From Nitrospirota bacterium (lineage in GTDB: Bacteria > Nitrospirota > UBA9217): DNA of 64,000 nucleotides. A program made the translations under genes and the position numbers. Each line of letters begins with the position of its first letter. Position 1 is the stretch's first letter. The DNA is taken from assembly GCA_963818475.1 (NCBI GenBank), contig CAWFSF010000005.1:416001-480000 (forward strand), in the 5' to 3' direction. The notes under the pieces were generated by a model. The model did no database searches and had not been told where the DNA came from. It worked only from the letters and a program-made list of their open reading frames with translations. Positions 18,607-29,780 of the stretch are shown here, in pieces.

Positions 18607-19581
18607 TTAGAACCTGAAGGCCGCGTAGAGCCCGATGCCGCCGTTCTTGATCTCTTCCTTCGTTTCAATGCCTCCGGAAACGGTCTTGTCTTCTCTGGTT
18701 TCGGAGTAAAGCGGCAGCTCCATGCCGAAGCGCTCGCTGAACCAGTACCGCACGGCAAGCGTCGTCCGCGCCGTTGTAGTGGTGAACTCGTTTCCTGCCG
18801 GAAGCCCGTTCTCGTCCTCGCCTTCGACCTCTACCGCCAAACGGACCGAGAGCTGCTTGCCGATATAGCCCGCAACCTCGGCGTTCACTGCTCCGATATC
18901 ATACTTGGTCGTGATCCCCGCTCGCTCGTCTTCCCGCTCGCCGCCGCCGATCTCGAACAGCAGACCCACGACATCCGAGATCACCCCACGTGCGCCGAGG
19001 TAGGTCACACTCCTATCGCTCGTGTACTTCGGCGAGCCGCTTGACGTCGACTCTAGTGACTGGCCAGACAGCCGGAGGTGCAGTTCCACGTTCGGCACGA
19101 CGTACTGCCGCACACCCAGGTCGAGGCTGCTGAAATCGCTTTCAACGTCCGGCTGGGCTATCCCGCCGATCGTTTCCTCGAAGGTGCCGGAACCGGCCCC
19201 AATGTTCAGGAACAGGCCGGTGTTCGTGGGGAAGAAGTATTCTCCGCCCAGCAGGAGCATGATGCCGCCCCCCTCGCCGTCCACCGCACTGGTATCGTCC
19301 TTGTACGTGTTCCCGAAGAGCGCCAGTCCGGCGGAAAGGTTCGTCGGGTGCTGGTAGAAACGCCGGAGCTCTATGGATTTGTCATCCTCCTTGATCGGAG
19401 CAAAAAAGTGCGTAAACTGGGCAATGAACAGCGAGTTCGAGGTCTCGGGATCAGCGGCAGAAACCGTCTCTTCGTTCGTCGAGTCACCTTCCAATCCCAC
19501 GATAACTTCGTTCGACACATCGGCAAATACCGTTCCCGCTGCGAGACAGATTAATGCAACTACCAATGTCCATTTCTTCAT
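18607..19581 (-). CDS. Putative outer-membrane beta-barrel/porin
   Basis: Signal peptide; alternating beta-strand pattern; C-terminal YAAFRF. Confidence 0.75.
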   Translation of the reverse strand: MKKWTLVVALICLAAGTVFADVSNEVIVGLEGDSTNEETVSAADPETSNSLFIAQFTHFFAPIKEDDKSIELRRFYQHPTNLSAGLALFGNTYKDDTSAVDGEGGGIMLLLGGEYFFPTNTGLFLNIGAGSGTFEETIGGIAQPDVESDFSSLDLGVRQYVVPNVELHLRLSGQSLESTSSGSPKYTSDRSVTYLGARGVISDVVGLLFEIGGGEREDERAGITTKYDIGAVNAEVAGYIGKQLSVRLAVEVEGEDENGLPAGNEFTTTTARTTLAVRYWFSERFGMELPLYSETREDKTVSGGIETKEEIKNGGIGLYAAFRF

Positions 19582-19667
19582 CTGTTTTTTCCTCCTCCCG
19601 GGGTATATTCGCTAACAAAACCTGGTTGAAGATAGCAGATACGGCACAAAGCGTCAAGGTCGGATCC

Positions 19668-20444
19668 TTAGCCCTCTCCCCCAGCCCCGTCCGCCCACGC
19701 AGGCACCAGGTGCCATCCTTTGCGCAGTTCTTTGTCATGGTCCCTGCAGGCAGGCTCATAGCTCCTCACCAGCGCCCAGAATTTTTCCGCGTGGTTCATG
19801 TGCCGGGTGTGGCAAAGCTCATGCGTCAGGATGTAGGCGACCAGGTGGTTGGGAAGGAACAGCAGCTTATAGTTCAGGCTGATGGTGCCGTGTCCGGAGC
19901 AGCTTGCCCATCTCGTGCGCTGCCCCCTGACCACGGCCCGGGAATACTCAAGTCCTGTTTGCACGCTCAGACGGGTCAGCCAGGGAACAAGCTGCTCGTG
20001 CGAGCGGCGCGTGAGCCAGCGCTTCAGTGATCGTTGGCAGGCGTGGGTATCGGCGACCGCCCCCTGGACCGTCAGCTGCCCGGCATCCGCCATCCGTACG
20101 GTGACGGTCTGCGCCCCGGTCGGTTTATAGGCAACCTGCCACTGTTCCCCGAGCGCCGGCAGAGCGATGGCTGTCGGCAGCAGGTCAGGCGGTTCAAGCG
20201 CAGCATGCTTCCGGAGTTCTGCAAAGCGCTCAAGATGCGAGGTGATCCAGTCCTTTTTCTCTTCCAGGATGGCCGGGACCTGCTGAAGGCCGCATCTCCG
20301 CGGCACGACAACGACCAATCCGTTCCGCGCGGAGATGGTGAGCCTAATACGCTTCGCCCGGGAGGAGACCCGCACGCGGTAGCTGAACGTTTGCGTGTCC
20401 GAGAAGGTCATGCGGTAGTTCGCTGAAGGTGTTTGTTTATGCAT
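19668..20444 (-). CDS. M48/SprT-like zinc metallopeptidase (YgjP/DUF45)
   Basis: QRTRWASCS, ILTHELCH..NHAEKFW. Confidence 0.88.
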   Translation of the reverse strand: MHKQTPSANYRMTFSDTQTFSYRVRVSSRAKRIRLTISARNGLVVVVPRRCGLQQVPAILEEKKDWITSHLERFAELRKHAALEPPDLLPTAIALPALGEQWQVAYKPTGAQTVTVRMADAGQLTVQGAVADTHACQRSLKRWLTRRSHEQLVPWLTRLSVQTGLEYSRAVVRGQRTRWASCSGHGTISLNYKLLFLPNHLVAYILTHELCHTRHMNHAEKFWALVRSYEPACRDHDKELRKGWHLVPAWADGAGGEG

Positions 20445-20527
20445 GGTATGAACAACAGGGGGGAACGCAGTACAGCAGCTCTGCAGGGAGATTCAACATC
20501 GTGCGTGCGATTCTTGCGAAGCTGCCA

Positions 20528-21403
20528 TCAGGACTGGTGGACACTGTTCTTTTTGCACCGTTCCTTTTCAGCGTACATGCGCTCGTCGGCAAGCCGCATC
20601 AGGGCGTCAATGGAGCTCTGCGCTGCCGGATTGAACTCCGCCATGCCGATGCTGACCTTCAGCTGGTACGCGCCGTTCTCGCGGGCGTTGAACTGGGCCA
20701 GGTTCTGCAGCAGCCGGCTTTGGGCAGCCTCCACGCCGCGGTCCGTCGGGTTCACCAGCAGGATGGCGAACTCATCGCCGCCCATGCGGGCGATGATATC
20801 GGAGTCGCGGTAGCTCTGTCGGAAAAGGTCGGCCATGGAACAGAGCGCCTGGTCGCCTGCCTGGTGGCCCAGCGTGTCGTTGATCGTTTTGAAGTCGTCA
20901 AGATCGGCGAACAGAAGCACGATGTTCTCCCCGCTTCGCTGCGCTGTCCGGAGCTGCTGCTCCGCGAGGACGAAAAACCCGCGGCGGTTCGGCAGGCCCG
21001 TCAGTTCGTCGGTGATCGACATCTTGCGGAGCCGCTCCTGCAGCCGCACATGTTTGATGCGGATCATGAGCTCAGCAAGGGAAAAGGGTTTTTTTATGAA
21101 ATCAGCGGCGCCTGCGGCGATCGCCTCATCATAGGAGAAGTTGTCGATGAACCCGGTGGTGACAATGATGCTCATTTCCGGCCGCAGCCGGTGCGCCCGG
21201 TCAGCCAGCTCCAGCCCCTTCATGCCGGGCAGAACGATATCGGTCACCAGAACATCGAAGGCCGTCCCGTCAATGCGTTCCAGGGCGGCATCGGCATTGA
21301 GGAATGCTTCGCACATATGTCCTGCCCCGGTGAAATACCGCTTCAACAGGCTGGACAGGACCTCGTCGTCGTCGACAACGATTATCGTGTATTTATCATT
21401 CAT
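20528..21403 (-). CDS. Response regulator diguanylate cyclase (REC-GGDEF)
   Basis: VVDDD..TDIVLP..KP receiver domain; DELTGLPNRRGF; RMGGDEF. Confidence 0.93.
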   Translation of the reverse strand: MNDKYTIIVVDDDEVLSSLLKRYFTGAGHMCEAFLNADAALERIDGTAFDVLVTDIVLPGMKGLELADRAHRLRPEMSIIVTTGFIDNFSYDEAIAAGAADFIKKPFSLAELMIRIKHVRLQERLRKMSITDELTGLPNRRGFFVLAEQQLRTAQRSGENIVLLFADLDDFKTINDTLGHQAGDQALCSMADLFRQSYRDSDIIARMGGDEFAILLVNPTDRGVEAAQSRLLQNLAQFNARENGAYQLKVSIGMAEFNPAAQSSIDALMRLADERMYAEKERCKKNSVHQS

Positions 21404-21700
21404 GGCCGGTGTAGCGGCTGGGGCCGCCGCATGGGCATTACTATATCAAATTCCGGATAGTTGCACCATCAAAATAAGCGGTTTTCCAGGTTGCCGATCT
21501 TGAGCAACGATACACCTGAAAAGGCAGTTTAACCGCAAAATTATTTGCGTTCATTCGCATCAAATTCCATTGTTATCCGCTTTTATCCGGCGTTTAACAC
21601 GCTTCTTCCGTGTCCACAGGATATTGATGGCGATTCAGGAATCTCGGTGCAGCCTTCCGGTGAGGGAGCGAACGGGGAATATGTCTATCGGGCAGGGCAC

Positions 21701-21735
21701 AAAAAAAAGCAGGCCCTGGAGACCAGGACCTGCTT
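21701..21735 (-). terminator. Intrinsic terminator of the cold-shock gene
   Basis: A8 then AGCAGG..CCTGCT hairpin. Confidence 0.75.
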
Positions 21736-21754
21736 GATCGGGTAGTGCGCAGGA

Positions 21755-21955
21755 TTAAAGCTTTACAACATTGGCGGCCTTGGGGCCTTTGGGCGAGTCG
21801 ACGACGTCGAACTCCACTTGCTGGCCTTCTGCCAGGGACTTGAAGCCGCTGTCCTGAATGTCGCCGAAATGGACGAACACATCTCCGCCGCTTTCACGGG
21901 TGATGAAGCCAAAACCTTTGGCATCATTGAACCACTTCACGGTACCTTTTTCCAT
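21755..21955 (-). CDS. csp: Cold-shock protein
   Basis: [24 protein letters not shown] motifs; AGGAGG RBS. Confidence 0.96.
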   Translation of the reverse strand: MEKGTVKWFNDAKGFGFITRESGGDVFVHFGDIQDSGFKSLAEGQQVEFDVVDSPKGPKAANVVKL

Positions 21956-22173
21956 GGTGAGCTACCTCCTTCTTGTGAAATTGAAGCTGACGGAAATGTG
22001 CCACAAAAAACCACAAAAAGAAAGCTCTTTGCGGTCTCCCAACAAATAACTTCCGGAACTTCTGGTGAAGATAATGCCATGTGCACGTGTATAAGTCAAG
22101 GGGTATTATCGTTATTACGTTATCGGTTCGCGACATTCGCGTAAAAATGGACGTGCGCGCCTGCCTCCGCCGG

Positions 22174-22728
22174 CTACGGCCTGCTTCCGAGACGGACCAG
22201 GAAGGCCGTATCGCCCAGCATCTTCCTGACCACGTCCGCCAAAGCCTGGCCCGCCAGGCGATCGGCCTCTGCCTGCAAAGCACCTGTGCTCGTGGCGCGC
22301 GATGCAGCGACCCCTTCATACTCTTTTTCCCATCCCACTGAGGACGACACCAGCGCCCTCACCGTGAACTGGAACTGGCCCCTGGTCTCGCTGAACGTGA
22401 TCTCCGGCACAGCGAGGCTCAGGACCACCGGGGCATCGCTCCGCACCCGTGCTCCGCGCACGGCAAGTTCCCGGGACAGGGATTCAACCAGCCGCATTGA
22501 CCATGCCTGCCGGCTTGTGCGAAAGCCCGACCGCCCCTTATCGGCGGTCAGAATGTCCTGCTCTGCCGTGTCCTTTTCCGCGTTCACGACAATAACAGAG
22601 ACCGCGGACAAGGACAGCGAACCTTGTCCCTTGACAGGCGGCAGTGCTTTCGGTGTGACCAGGTAGGTGCTGCAGCCGCCAAGCAGCGCCAGGCACAGGA
22701 TCAGGAGGGGCCTCCGGTACGTTTTCAC
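22174..22728 (-). CDS. Hypothetical lipoprotein
   Basis: Lipobox LGGC; starts 1 nt after the fba stop. Confidence 0.7.
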   Translation of the reverse strand: MKTYRRPLLILCLALLGGCSTYLVTPKALPPVKGQGSLSLSAVSVIVVNAEKDTAEQDILTADKGRSGFRTSRQAWSMRLVESLSRELAVRGARVRSDAPVVLSLAVPEITFSETRGQFQFTVRALVSSSVGWEKEYEGVAASRATSTGALQAEADRLAGQALADVVRKMLGDTAFLVRLGSRP

Positions 22729-22729
22729 T

Positions 22730-23728
22730 TCACGCCTGACCGGCCGAGCCGAGCACTTCCTTGTTCTTATGAATGATCATCTTGATCAGTTCGTCGCGGG
22801 CCGGTCCCAGGTACTTTCTCGGGTCGAACTCGGCCGGTTTTTCCGCCAGGGTCTTCCGGATCAGAGCGGTCATGGCAAGACGGCCGTCGCTGTCGATGTT
22901 GACCTTGCAGACCGCGCTTCGTGCCGCCTTGCGGAGCTGCTCCTCGGGAATGCCCACGGCGTCCTTCAATGCCCCGCCGTTCTTGTTGATCATCTCGACG
23001 TACTCGGGGATCACGGACGACGCGCCGTGCAGCACAATGGGGAAGCCCGGGATGCGCTTTTCGATCTCCTCGAGTATGTCGAACCGGAGCGGCGGCGGCA
23101 CCAGGACCCCGCGCGCATCGCGCGTGCACTGCGCCGGCTTGAACTTCATGGCCCCATGGGACGTGCCGATCGAGATGGCCAGCGAATCGACGTTCGTCTT
23201 TTTCACAAAATCCTCGACCTCTTCTGGTTTCGTGTACGTGGACTTCTCGGCCACCACCGCATCCTCGATGCCGGCCAGGACCCCGAGCTCTCCTTCGACG
23301 ACCACGTTATGGGCATGGGCGTACTCTACCACCTGTTTGGTCAGCTTCACATTGTCCTCGTAGGAATGATGGGACCCGTCGATCATCACGGAAGAAAAGC
23401 CGGAATCGATGCAGGATTTGCAGAGCTCAAAGGTATCGCCGTGGTCCAGGTGGAGCGCGAACTTCACCGGCGATCCGGCATCGTTGATCATCCCCACAGC
23501 CCCCATGGCAAGGAACCGGAGCAGGGTCTGGTTGGCGTATTTCCGCGCGCCGCTCGAGACCTGCAGGATGAACGGGGACTTCGACTCCACGCAGCCCATC
23601 ACGATTGCCTGCAGCTGCTCCATATTGTTAAAATTATATGCCGGGATCGCGTACTTGCCCTTCATCGCTTTCGCGAACATATCCGTGGTCGTGACCAGTC
23701 CGATGTCCTTGTATGAGACCTTCTCCAT
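22730..23728 (-). CDS. fba: Fructose-1,6-bisphosphate aldolase class II
   Basis: ALHLDHG, SVMIDGS, VEGELG, IGTSHG, VLHGAS, KVNIDSD, FDPRKYL. Confidence 0.96.
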   Translation of the reverse strand: MEKVSYKDIGLVTTTDMFAKAMKGKYAIPAYNFNNMEQLQAIVMGCVESKSPFILQVSSGARKYANQTLLRFLAMGAVGMINDAGSPVKFALHLDHGDTFELCKSCIDSGFSSVMIDGSHHSYEDNVKLTKQVVEYAHAHNVVVEGELGVLAGIEDAVVAEKSTYTKPEEVEDFVKKTNVDSLAISIGTSHGAMKFKPAQCTRDARGVLVPPPLRFDILEEIEKRIPGFPIVLHGASSVIPEYVEMINKNGGALKDAVGIPEEQLRKAARSAVCKVNIDSDGRLAMTALIRKTLAEKPAEFDPRKYLGPARDELIKMIIHKNKEVLGSAGQA

Positions 23729-23940
23729 GCCGTAATTCCTCCTGATTTAAGAGTTTACTCCGCGAAGAACAACCTCGCAGAGTTGGGGTTTTGATTGCTA
23801 AAACTATCTTAGCATGAAGTTCGGGCAAACTGCAAGTCCCTGTCGAAAAATGAGCGCTGCCTGAAAAAAGTATTTGGACGCGGATAAGATCTGATAAACG
23901 CAGATTAAAATAGGCAAGGAACAGCTGTGCGGACGGCCGG

Positions 23941-24633
23941 TTAGAGCGGATTTTTCTGAAGCACCTCGGCATCGGTGCCGTTCTGGAGCAGGTCGATCAT
24001 GCGTGCGAGGGATTCCTCGTGCAGGTCATGGATAAGCACCCGATCAACGCCGCTCCGCCGTTTTTTATTCAGGACCGACAGGAGCACCATGCTCTTGTAT
24101 ATACGTTTGTTGGTCTTGAAGGAGAACACGTACGGGTCGAGAGCGTTTTCCATGAGAAGGTCGCTGCGCTTGCGTACTGCCCTGCTGATCGCCACCGTCT
24201 GAAGCCAGTAGCTCTTGTCGATGATGCTGTCGGCTTTTAGTTCGAGCCAGGTATGTCCCACGTTCCCCAGTTCATCCGTCAGGGTCTCATGGGCCACCGT
24301 ATCGGCCGCGAGATGGCTGAGGTAGCCATAGGCAAAGGCCCGCTCCGGCCATTGCTCCGCCTGATCAAGGAGCTTGAGGCCAACATCCCAGGAGTGCGAA
24401 CTTTTGTCGTCAGGGAGATATTTCTTGCCGATAATGATGTCAGCCATGAGGTTCCCGTACAGGAAATCCTGTTTATGTTTTTTAAGGAGCGCCAGAATGC
24501 CGGCAGGAATGAGCGGTGCACACGACAGCAGTTCATTGCCCAGAAACATATGGGTCATGGGACCCCATGCAAAGGACGCTGTTGGAACCAGGATGAGTCC
24601 GATAATGAGTGCAAGATAATACATGGCCATCAA
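23941..24633 (-). CDS. Zinc-dependent phospholipase C family protein
   Basis: Signal peptide then WGPMTH; GYLSHLAADTVAH; GHTWLE. Confidence 0.8.
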   Translation of the reverse strand: MMAMYYLALIIGLILVPTASFAWGPMTHMFLGNELLSCAPLIPAGILALLKKHKQDFLYGNLMADIIIGKKYLPDDKSSHSWDVGLKLLDQAEQWPERAFAYGYLSHLAADTVAHETLTDELGNVGHTWLELKADSIIDKSYWLQTVAISRAVRKRSDLLMENALDPYVFSFKTNKRIYKSMVLLSVLNKKRRSGVDRVLIHDLHEESLARMIDLLQNGTDAEVLQKNPL

Positions 24634-24766
24634 TAAATAAGAGATGAATAACTTTTACGGGATCGTACGTCTGCTGCCCCGTGCGGGAACCAGCAGCGCC
24701 AAACTTTTTAATGGTACCCCTTTCATCAGGGATAAGTCAATAGAAAAGGATCAGGAAAGACTCACA

Positions 24767-26137
24767 TCACCCGACCACATTATACTCGCGTGCCCGGAAC
24801 TTTGCGCCAAGCTCTTCCGCGATCTTCCGGCAGGCCTCCACATCCACTTCCGGCAGTGCAACGACGGTGGCGGTCACGTCAGGAATATATTTGACCGCCT
24901 CGCGAATAAACTCTTTTACCGCGTCGTAGGCCGCGATGCCGAATGTCGGCTGGCTTATTTTGTTATAGAGCTCGGCGTTCTGCGCGTTCAGGCTGACGCT
25001 TACGGCGTCCACGAGACCGGCAAGCTCCGGCAGTACGTTCCGCTTATTGATCAGGTTCGCATGGCCGTTCGTATCGATCCGCACCCTGCCCCCGCGCCGC
25101 TTCACCTCCCCAGCCACGGCCTTGACCACATCGAGCCGCAGCAGCGGCTCTCCGTATCCGCAGAACACGACCTCGGCATAGCGTTTGGGGTCGCCGATCT
25201 CCTTGATGAGCTGCTCCGCCTTTGGTTCTTCGGCAAGTCTGAGATTATGCCCCTTCACAAAATCCGTGTGGTAGCGGACGCAGAACGTACAGGCTGCCGA
25301 GCAGCGGTTCGTAATATTGAGGTACAGTGAGTTCCTGATCGGGTAGGTGATCTGGCCTTTTGCCGGCATAGCGCCGATGCCGAACAGCTGCATGGCATTG
25401 AAGCTGGTGATCCTGGCCACGTCGTCGAACGAGAGTCCCTTGATCTTGGCAATGGCCTCGGCAGTATGGCGCACGAAGGCCGGTTCGTTCCGCTTGCCGC
25501 GCAGCGGCTGGGGCGAGAGATACGGGGAATCCGTCTCGATCAGCAGATGTTCGATCGGGATCTGGCGCACTACCTCGCGCAGGGCCTCGGCCTTGGGGAA
25601 CGTGACCGGACCGGCGATGGAGAGCGAAAAACCCATCTCGATCACCCGTTTCGCCATGGCAATATCCCCGGAAAAGCAGTGCAGCACGCCGCCCAGCTCG
25701 GGCGACCATTCCTCGGACAGGATCTGGAGCGTGTCCTCGTGGGCATCGCGGTCGTGGACAATGACCGGAAGCTCGAGCTTGCGCGCCTCGCGCAGCATGT
25801 CGCGAAACTTTCTTTTCTGGTCCGCGCGGGGCGAGTGCTCGTAGTGATAATCCAGCCCGATCTCGCCGTAGGCCACCACCTTCTTATGCTGGGCGAAATG
25901 CCGGAGGATATCGTAGGCAGGATGCAGGATGTCCTTCACTTCGTGGGGGTGGATGCCGATAGCGGCATAGATGAAATCGTACTTGTCCGCCAGCATGACC
26001 GCATCTCTGCTCGATTCCACGGTCGTGCCGATCGTAATGATGTACTCGACGCCTGCCTCGCGGGCGCGTTTGATCACCTCGTCGCGGTCGTCGTTGAATT
26101 CCCGCATCTCAAGATGCGCATGGGTGTCGATCAGCAT
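24767..26137 (-). CDS. tatD: TatD DNase fused to TatD-associated radical SAM domain
   Basis: LIDTHAH, GEIGLDY, LIETDSPYL, RNEP; C-terminal YLNITNRCSAACTFC (CxxxCxxC), CGYGEP. Confidence 0.93.
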   Translation of the reverse strand: MLIDTHAHLEMREFNDDRDEVIKRAREAGVEYIITIGTTVESSRDAVMLADKYDFIYAAIGIHPHEVKDILHPAYDILRHFAQHKKVVAYGEIGLDYHYEHSPRADQKRKFRDMLREARKLELPVIVHDRDAHEDTLQILSEEWSPELGGVLHCFSGDIAMAKRVIEMGFSLSIAGPVTFPKAEALREVVRQIPIEHLLIETDSPYLSPQPLRGKRNEPAFVRHTAEAIAKIKGLSFDDVARITSFNAMQLFGIGAMPAKGQITYPIRNSLYLNITNRCSAACTFCVRYHTDFVKGHNLRLAEEPKAEQLIKEIGDPKRYAEVVFCGYGEPLLRLDVVKAVAGEVKRRGGRVRIDTNGHANLINKRNVLPELAGLVDAVSVSLNAQNAELYNKISQPTFGIAAYDAVKEFIREAVKYIPDVTATVVALPEVDVEACRKIAEELGAKFRAREYNVVG

Positions 26138-26151
26138 TATTCCACCAAATG

Positions 26152-26180
26152 GTAGGGGCGGGTTCTAAACCCGTCCTTAC
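26152..26180 (+). repeat. GTAG-family REP hairpin
   Basis: GTAGGGGCGGGTT-cta-AACCCGTCCTTAC; a similar element lies at 57341-57369. Confidence 0.75.
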
Positions 26181-26210
26181 GATTCTAATTCCGCAATCCG
26201 CAATCGATTC

Positions 26211-28215
26211 TCACTTCACCCTGTTCCCTGCCTTCGTCTCCCGGTCAAAGGTGGCCACGGCAAGCAGGTCCCCGTTGCTCGCGGCAAGCAGCATGCCCTG
26301 GGACTCGATGCCCATGAGCTTGGCGGGCTTCAGGTTCGCAACGATCACGATGGTCTTGCCCAGAAGCTCCTCGGGCGTGTAGCTCTTGCCGATGCCGGCC
26401 ACGACCTGGCGGGTCTCGGTGCCGATGTCCACCTGGAGCTTCACCAGTTTGTCCGACTTCACCACGCGCTCGGCCGCGACGATCTTGCCGACCCGAAGGT
26501 CGACCTTCATAAAGTCTTCTATCCCGATCGGGTCCTTTGCTGCCGCAACAGGAGCTGCTGCCGGCTGGGCAGGAGCTGCTTGCTGTGCATCCTGTTTGAT
26601 CTCCGACTTGGCTTCTTGTTCTGTTTTCTCCATCTTTTTCTCCGTATTCTTTTTCTGGTCTATGCGCGGGAACAATTGCGCACCCGGCTGGATGGCCGTT
26701 CCCGGGGACAGCCTGCCCCAGCGGACTTCTTCACTCAAGCGGCATTCGTTGATCTCTTTTGCGATGCCGAGAGCGTTCCATATCTTCTGACTCGTTGACG
26801 GCATCACCGGGAACAGATAGAGGCCGATGAGTCGAAGGGATTCTGCGAGATTGTACAGCACGCTGCCGAGCCGCTCCAGGTCATTTTTTTTGGCGAGCGT
26901 CCAGGGTGCATTCTCTTCCACGTAACGGTTCGCCCGGGTCACGAGCGACCACGAATCATGCAGGTATTTCGTAAAGGCCAGGGCGGCAAGGTCGTCGTCG
27001 ATCCTGGCCGGTACCGAAAGGGCTGTCTCCCGAAGCTCCCGGTCGGCGGGCTGTTCAGAGCCTGCCTGCGGGATCTTTCCCTCAAAATATTTCCCGACCA
27101 TCGTAAGCACGCGCGACAACAGGTTCCCCAGGTCATTAGCGAGCTCGGTGTTAAAGCGCGTGACAAAGGTATCGGTGGAGAAATCGCCGTCCAGCCCGAA
27201 GGGCACCTCGCGCAGCACAAAGTAGCGGAATGCGTCGGCGCCGTAGGCATCCACGATCTCGTGCGGATCGATCACGTTCCCGATCGACTTGGACATCTTT
27301 TTGCCGTCCTTGGTCCACCACCCGTGCGCGAAGATGTTGACCGGCAGCGGCAGGCCGAGCGCCATCAGCATGGTGGACCAGTAGACGCTGTGGGTGGTCA
27401 GGATGTCCTTGCCCACCAGATGGTGGTCGGCAGGCCACCAGAACGTTTCCCGCGCTGCTGCCTCGGCGGAACCAGCTGCTGAGGGACTCAGGTAACGCGT
27501 GGCGGAAAAATAGTTCACCAGGGCGTCGAACCAGACATAGGTGACGAAAGCGCGGTCAAAGGGAAGCTCGATGCCCCAGGAGAGCCGCGCCTTGGGGCGC
27601 GAGATGCACAGGTCGCCCAGGGTCTGCGACCTGAGGAACCCCAGCACTTCGTTCCGGCGCGATTCAGGCCGGATATAGTTCGGATTCTGCTCGATATGCG
27701 CGATGAGCCGCGCCTGATACTTGCTCATAAGGAAGAAGTAGTTGTCTTCCGAGATGCGCTCCACGGGCCTGCCGCAGTCGGGGCACTTGCCCTCGGTCGA
27801 TCTCCTTCTCGGTCCAGAACCGCTCATCAGGCGTGCAGTACCAGCCCTCGTAGGTTCGGCGCTCGATCTCGACCTTGTCGAACAGTTTCTGCAGAAGCTC
27901 CTGCACTACGGCAATGTGTTCTTTGTCGGTTGTGCGAATGAATGCGTCGTTGGTGATCTCGAGCTTCTTCCAGAGATGCTGGAAGTTCACGGTCAGCAGG
28001 TCGGCGTGCGCCTTGGGCGTAAGCCCCCGCTCCGTGGCCGCTTTCTCGACCTTCTGGCCGTGCTCATCGGTGCCGGTGAGAAAGAACACGGCATCACCGA
28101 GAAGCCGGTGATAGCGCGCCAGCGTGTCCGCGGCAATGGTGGTGTAGGCGTGGCCGATGTGCGGCACGTCGTTCACGTAATAGATCGGCGTTGTAATATA
28201 GAATTTTTTCGTCAT
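26211..28215 (-). CDS. metG: Methionine--tRNA ligase with C-terminal tRNA-binding domain (frameshift near 27800)
   Basis: YYVNDVPHIGHAYT (HIGH), KMSKS, YVWFDAL, ANLKPAKLMGIESQGM. Confidence 0.96.
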
Positions 28216-28241
28216 CGATTTTTAATGCGGGTCGGTTTTTT

Positions 28242-28348
28242 ACCGCGGAGACGCGGAGCCAGAAGTAGGCGCTTCCAAGCGACGCAGAGAAAACCTTTAT
28301 TATTTTCAAGGTGTCATTCTCCGCGCCTCTGCGTCTCGGCGGTGAGTA
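28242..28348. repeat. CCGCGGAGACGCGGAG/CTCCGCGCCTCTGCG palindromic element
   Basis: Inverted arms in the PSP1-metG gap; same family at 11628, 37206 and 52326. Confidence 0.7.
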
Positions 28349-28353
28349 ATGAC

Positions 28354-29724
28354 TTATTGCGAATGTATCAATTTTGTCGCGACAAACCCGTGCGTCATAG
28401 CCCTGGCTGCGGCGGGATGCCGCGCATGTCCGAAGCTACTCGGCCTGCCCTCCGCCGCCGGCCGGCCCTCCCTGCGGTTTGTCTCCCTGTCCCGGTTTCT
28501 TCTTGCGGTTGCGCCAGAAGCGACGCTTGTTCTTCTTTCCGCTTTTCTCTCCTGCTTCGCCCTGCTGCTGCGGCTGCTGGCCTTCCTGTTGGGGCTCCAG
28601 CGGCTGTTCAGACGGACTGCTGTTGCGGCAGGTGTGTGGCTGCGGCTGCTGTGCGGCCGCTGCTGTTGCTGCGGCGCGCCTTCGCCTTCCTGCTTCGGCT
28701 TCTGCTGCTGCCGGTCCTTGGGCTTGCCTCCCCGGCCGCGCTGCTTTTTATCCTGCTGCGGTTCGCGCCGCTTCTCGGCCTTGGGACCGCTTGCCGGCGC
28801 GGCCTCGTCCCGCGGCTTTTCCCGCTGTTTTTCCCGGCGCTGTTCCTGGGGCAGCTTTCTCCGCTCTTCCTGCCGCTTTCGCTCCTCGGCCTGTCGGCGG
28901 TCCTCGTCCTCCCGCGCTTCGGCGATGCGGCGCTCCTCTTCATCGCGCTTGACCTGGATCACGGCCTGGCGCATACTGGCCAGGTCCTTCTTGTTCTCCT
29001 CGTACATCTCGAACTCGTAGGAGAGGCAGCAGAGCAGCCTGCCGCAGACGCCCGATATTTTCGCGGGATTGAGCACCATTTCCTGCTTCTTGGCCATGCG
29101 GATCGAGACCGGCTCAAAGTTCTTCAAAAAGGAGGCGCAGCAGAGCTCGCGGCCGCAGGGGCCGAACCCGCCGATCAAACGCGCCACGTCGCGCACCCCG
29201 ATCTGGCGCATCTCGATCCTGCTCCGCAGCTTGTAGGCAAGGTCCTTTACCAGGTCGCGGAAATCGATCCTTGTTTCGGAGAAGAAGAAAAAGGTGGCCC
29301 GCGTTGCGTCGAGGGAATACTCGACGCGGATCAGCTTCATGGGAAGTTCGCGTTCGGCGATCATGTCCTGCGACATGGCGAACGCCTCGGCCTCGCGCTC
29401 GCGGTTCTTTTTTTCGCGGGCCAGGTCGTCCTCGGTGGCCTTGCGCACGAGCTTGCGCAAAAGTTTGGGAGCCGGCGCAGGTGCAGCCGGCGCGGCAGCA
29501 GCAGGAACCGTCCCTTCGGCCGATGCCGGTCCCGGTTCCGGTCCGTCCAAGCCGGGCTCGGCAACCGACGGCGCCTGCGGCCTTCGGATGCGCACCACCG
29601 TGGCCATCCCCAGGCCCCGGTCCGAGTCAACGATCACACTGTCGCCGACCGAAAGTTCAAGGTCTGTTGCATCAAAATCATATACTTTCCAATTGTCCCG
29701 AAACCGTATGCCTGCGATCTTCAT
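28354..29724 (-). CDS. PSP1/RicT (YaaT) domain protein with charged C-terminal tail
   Basis: RIDFRDLVKDL, RIEMRQIGVRD, GPCGRELCC, ISGVCGRLLCCLSYE. Confidence 0.9.
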   Translation of the reverse strand: MKIAGIRFRDNWKVYDFDATDLELSVGDSVIVDSDRGLGMATVVRIRRPQAPSVAEPGLDGPEPGPASAEGTVPAAAAPAAPAPAPKLLRKLVRKATEDDLAREKKNREREAEAFAMSQDMIAERELPMKLIRVEYSLDATRATFFFFSETRIDFRDLVKDLAYKLRSRIEMRQIGVRDVARLIGGFGPCGRELCCASFLKNFEPVSIRMAKKQEMVLNPAKISGVCGRLLCCLSYEFEMYEENKKDLASMRQAVIQVKRDEEERRIAEAREDEDRRQAEERKRQEERRKLPQEQRREKQREKPRDEAAPASGPKAEKRREPQQDKKQRGRGGKPKDRQQQKPKQEGEGAPQQQQRPHSSRSHTPAATAVRLNSRWSPNRKASSRSSRAKQERKAERRTSVASGATARRNRDRETNRREGRPAAEGRPSSFGHARHPAAARAMTHGFVATKLIHSQ

Positions 29725-29780
29725 GATAGTATATTCATCTCTTCTCTTTGGTCGGTTGTTGGTCTTGATCCGCCGCGCGC

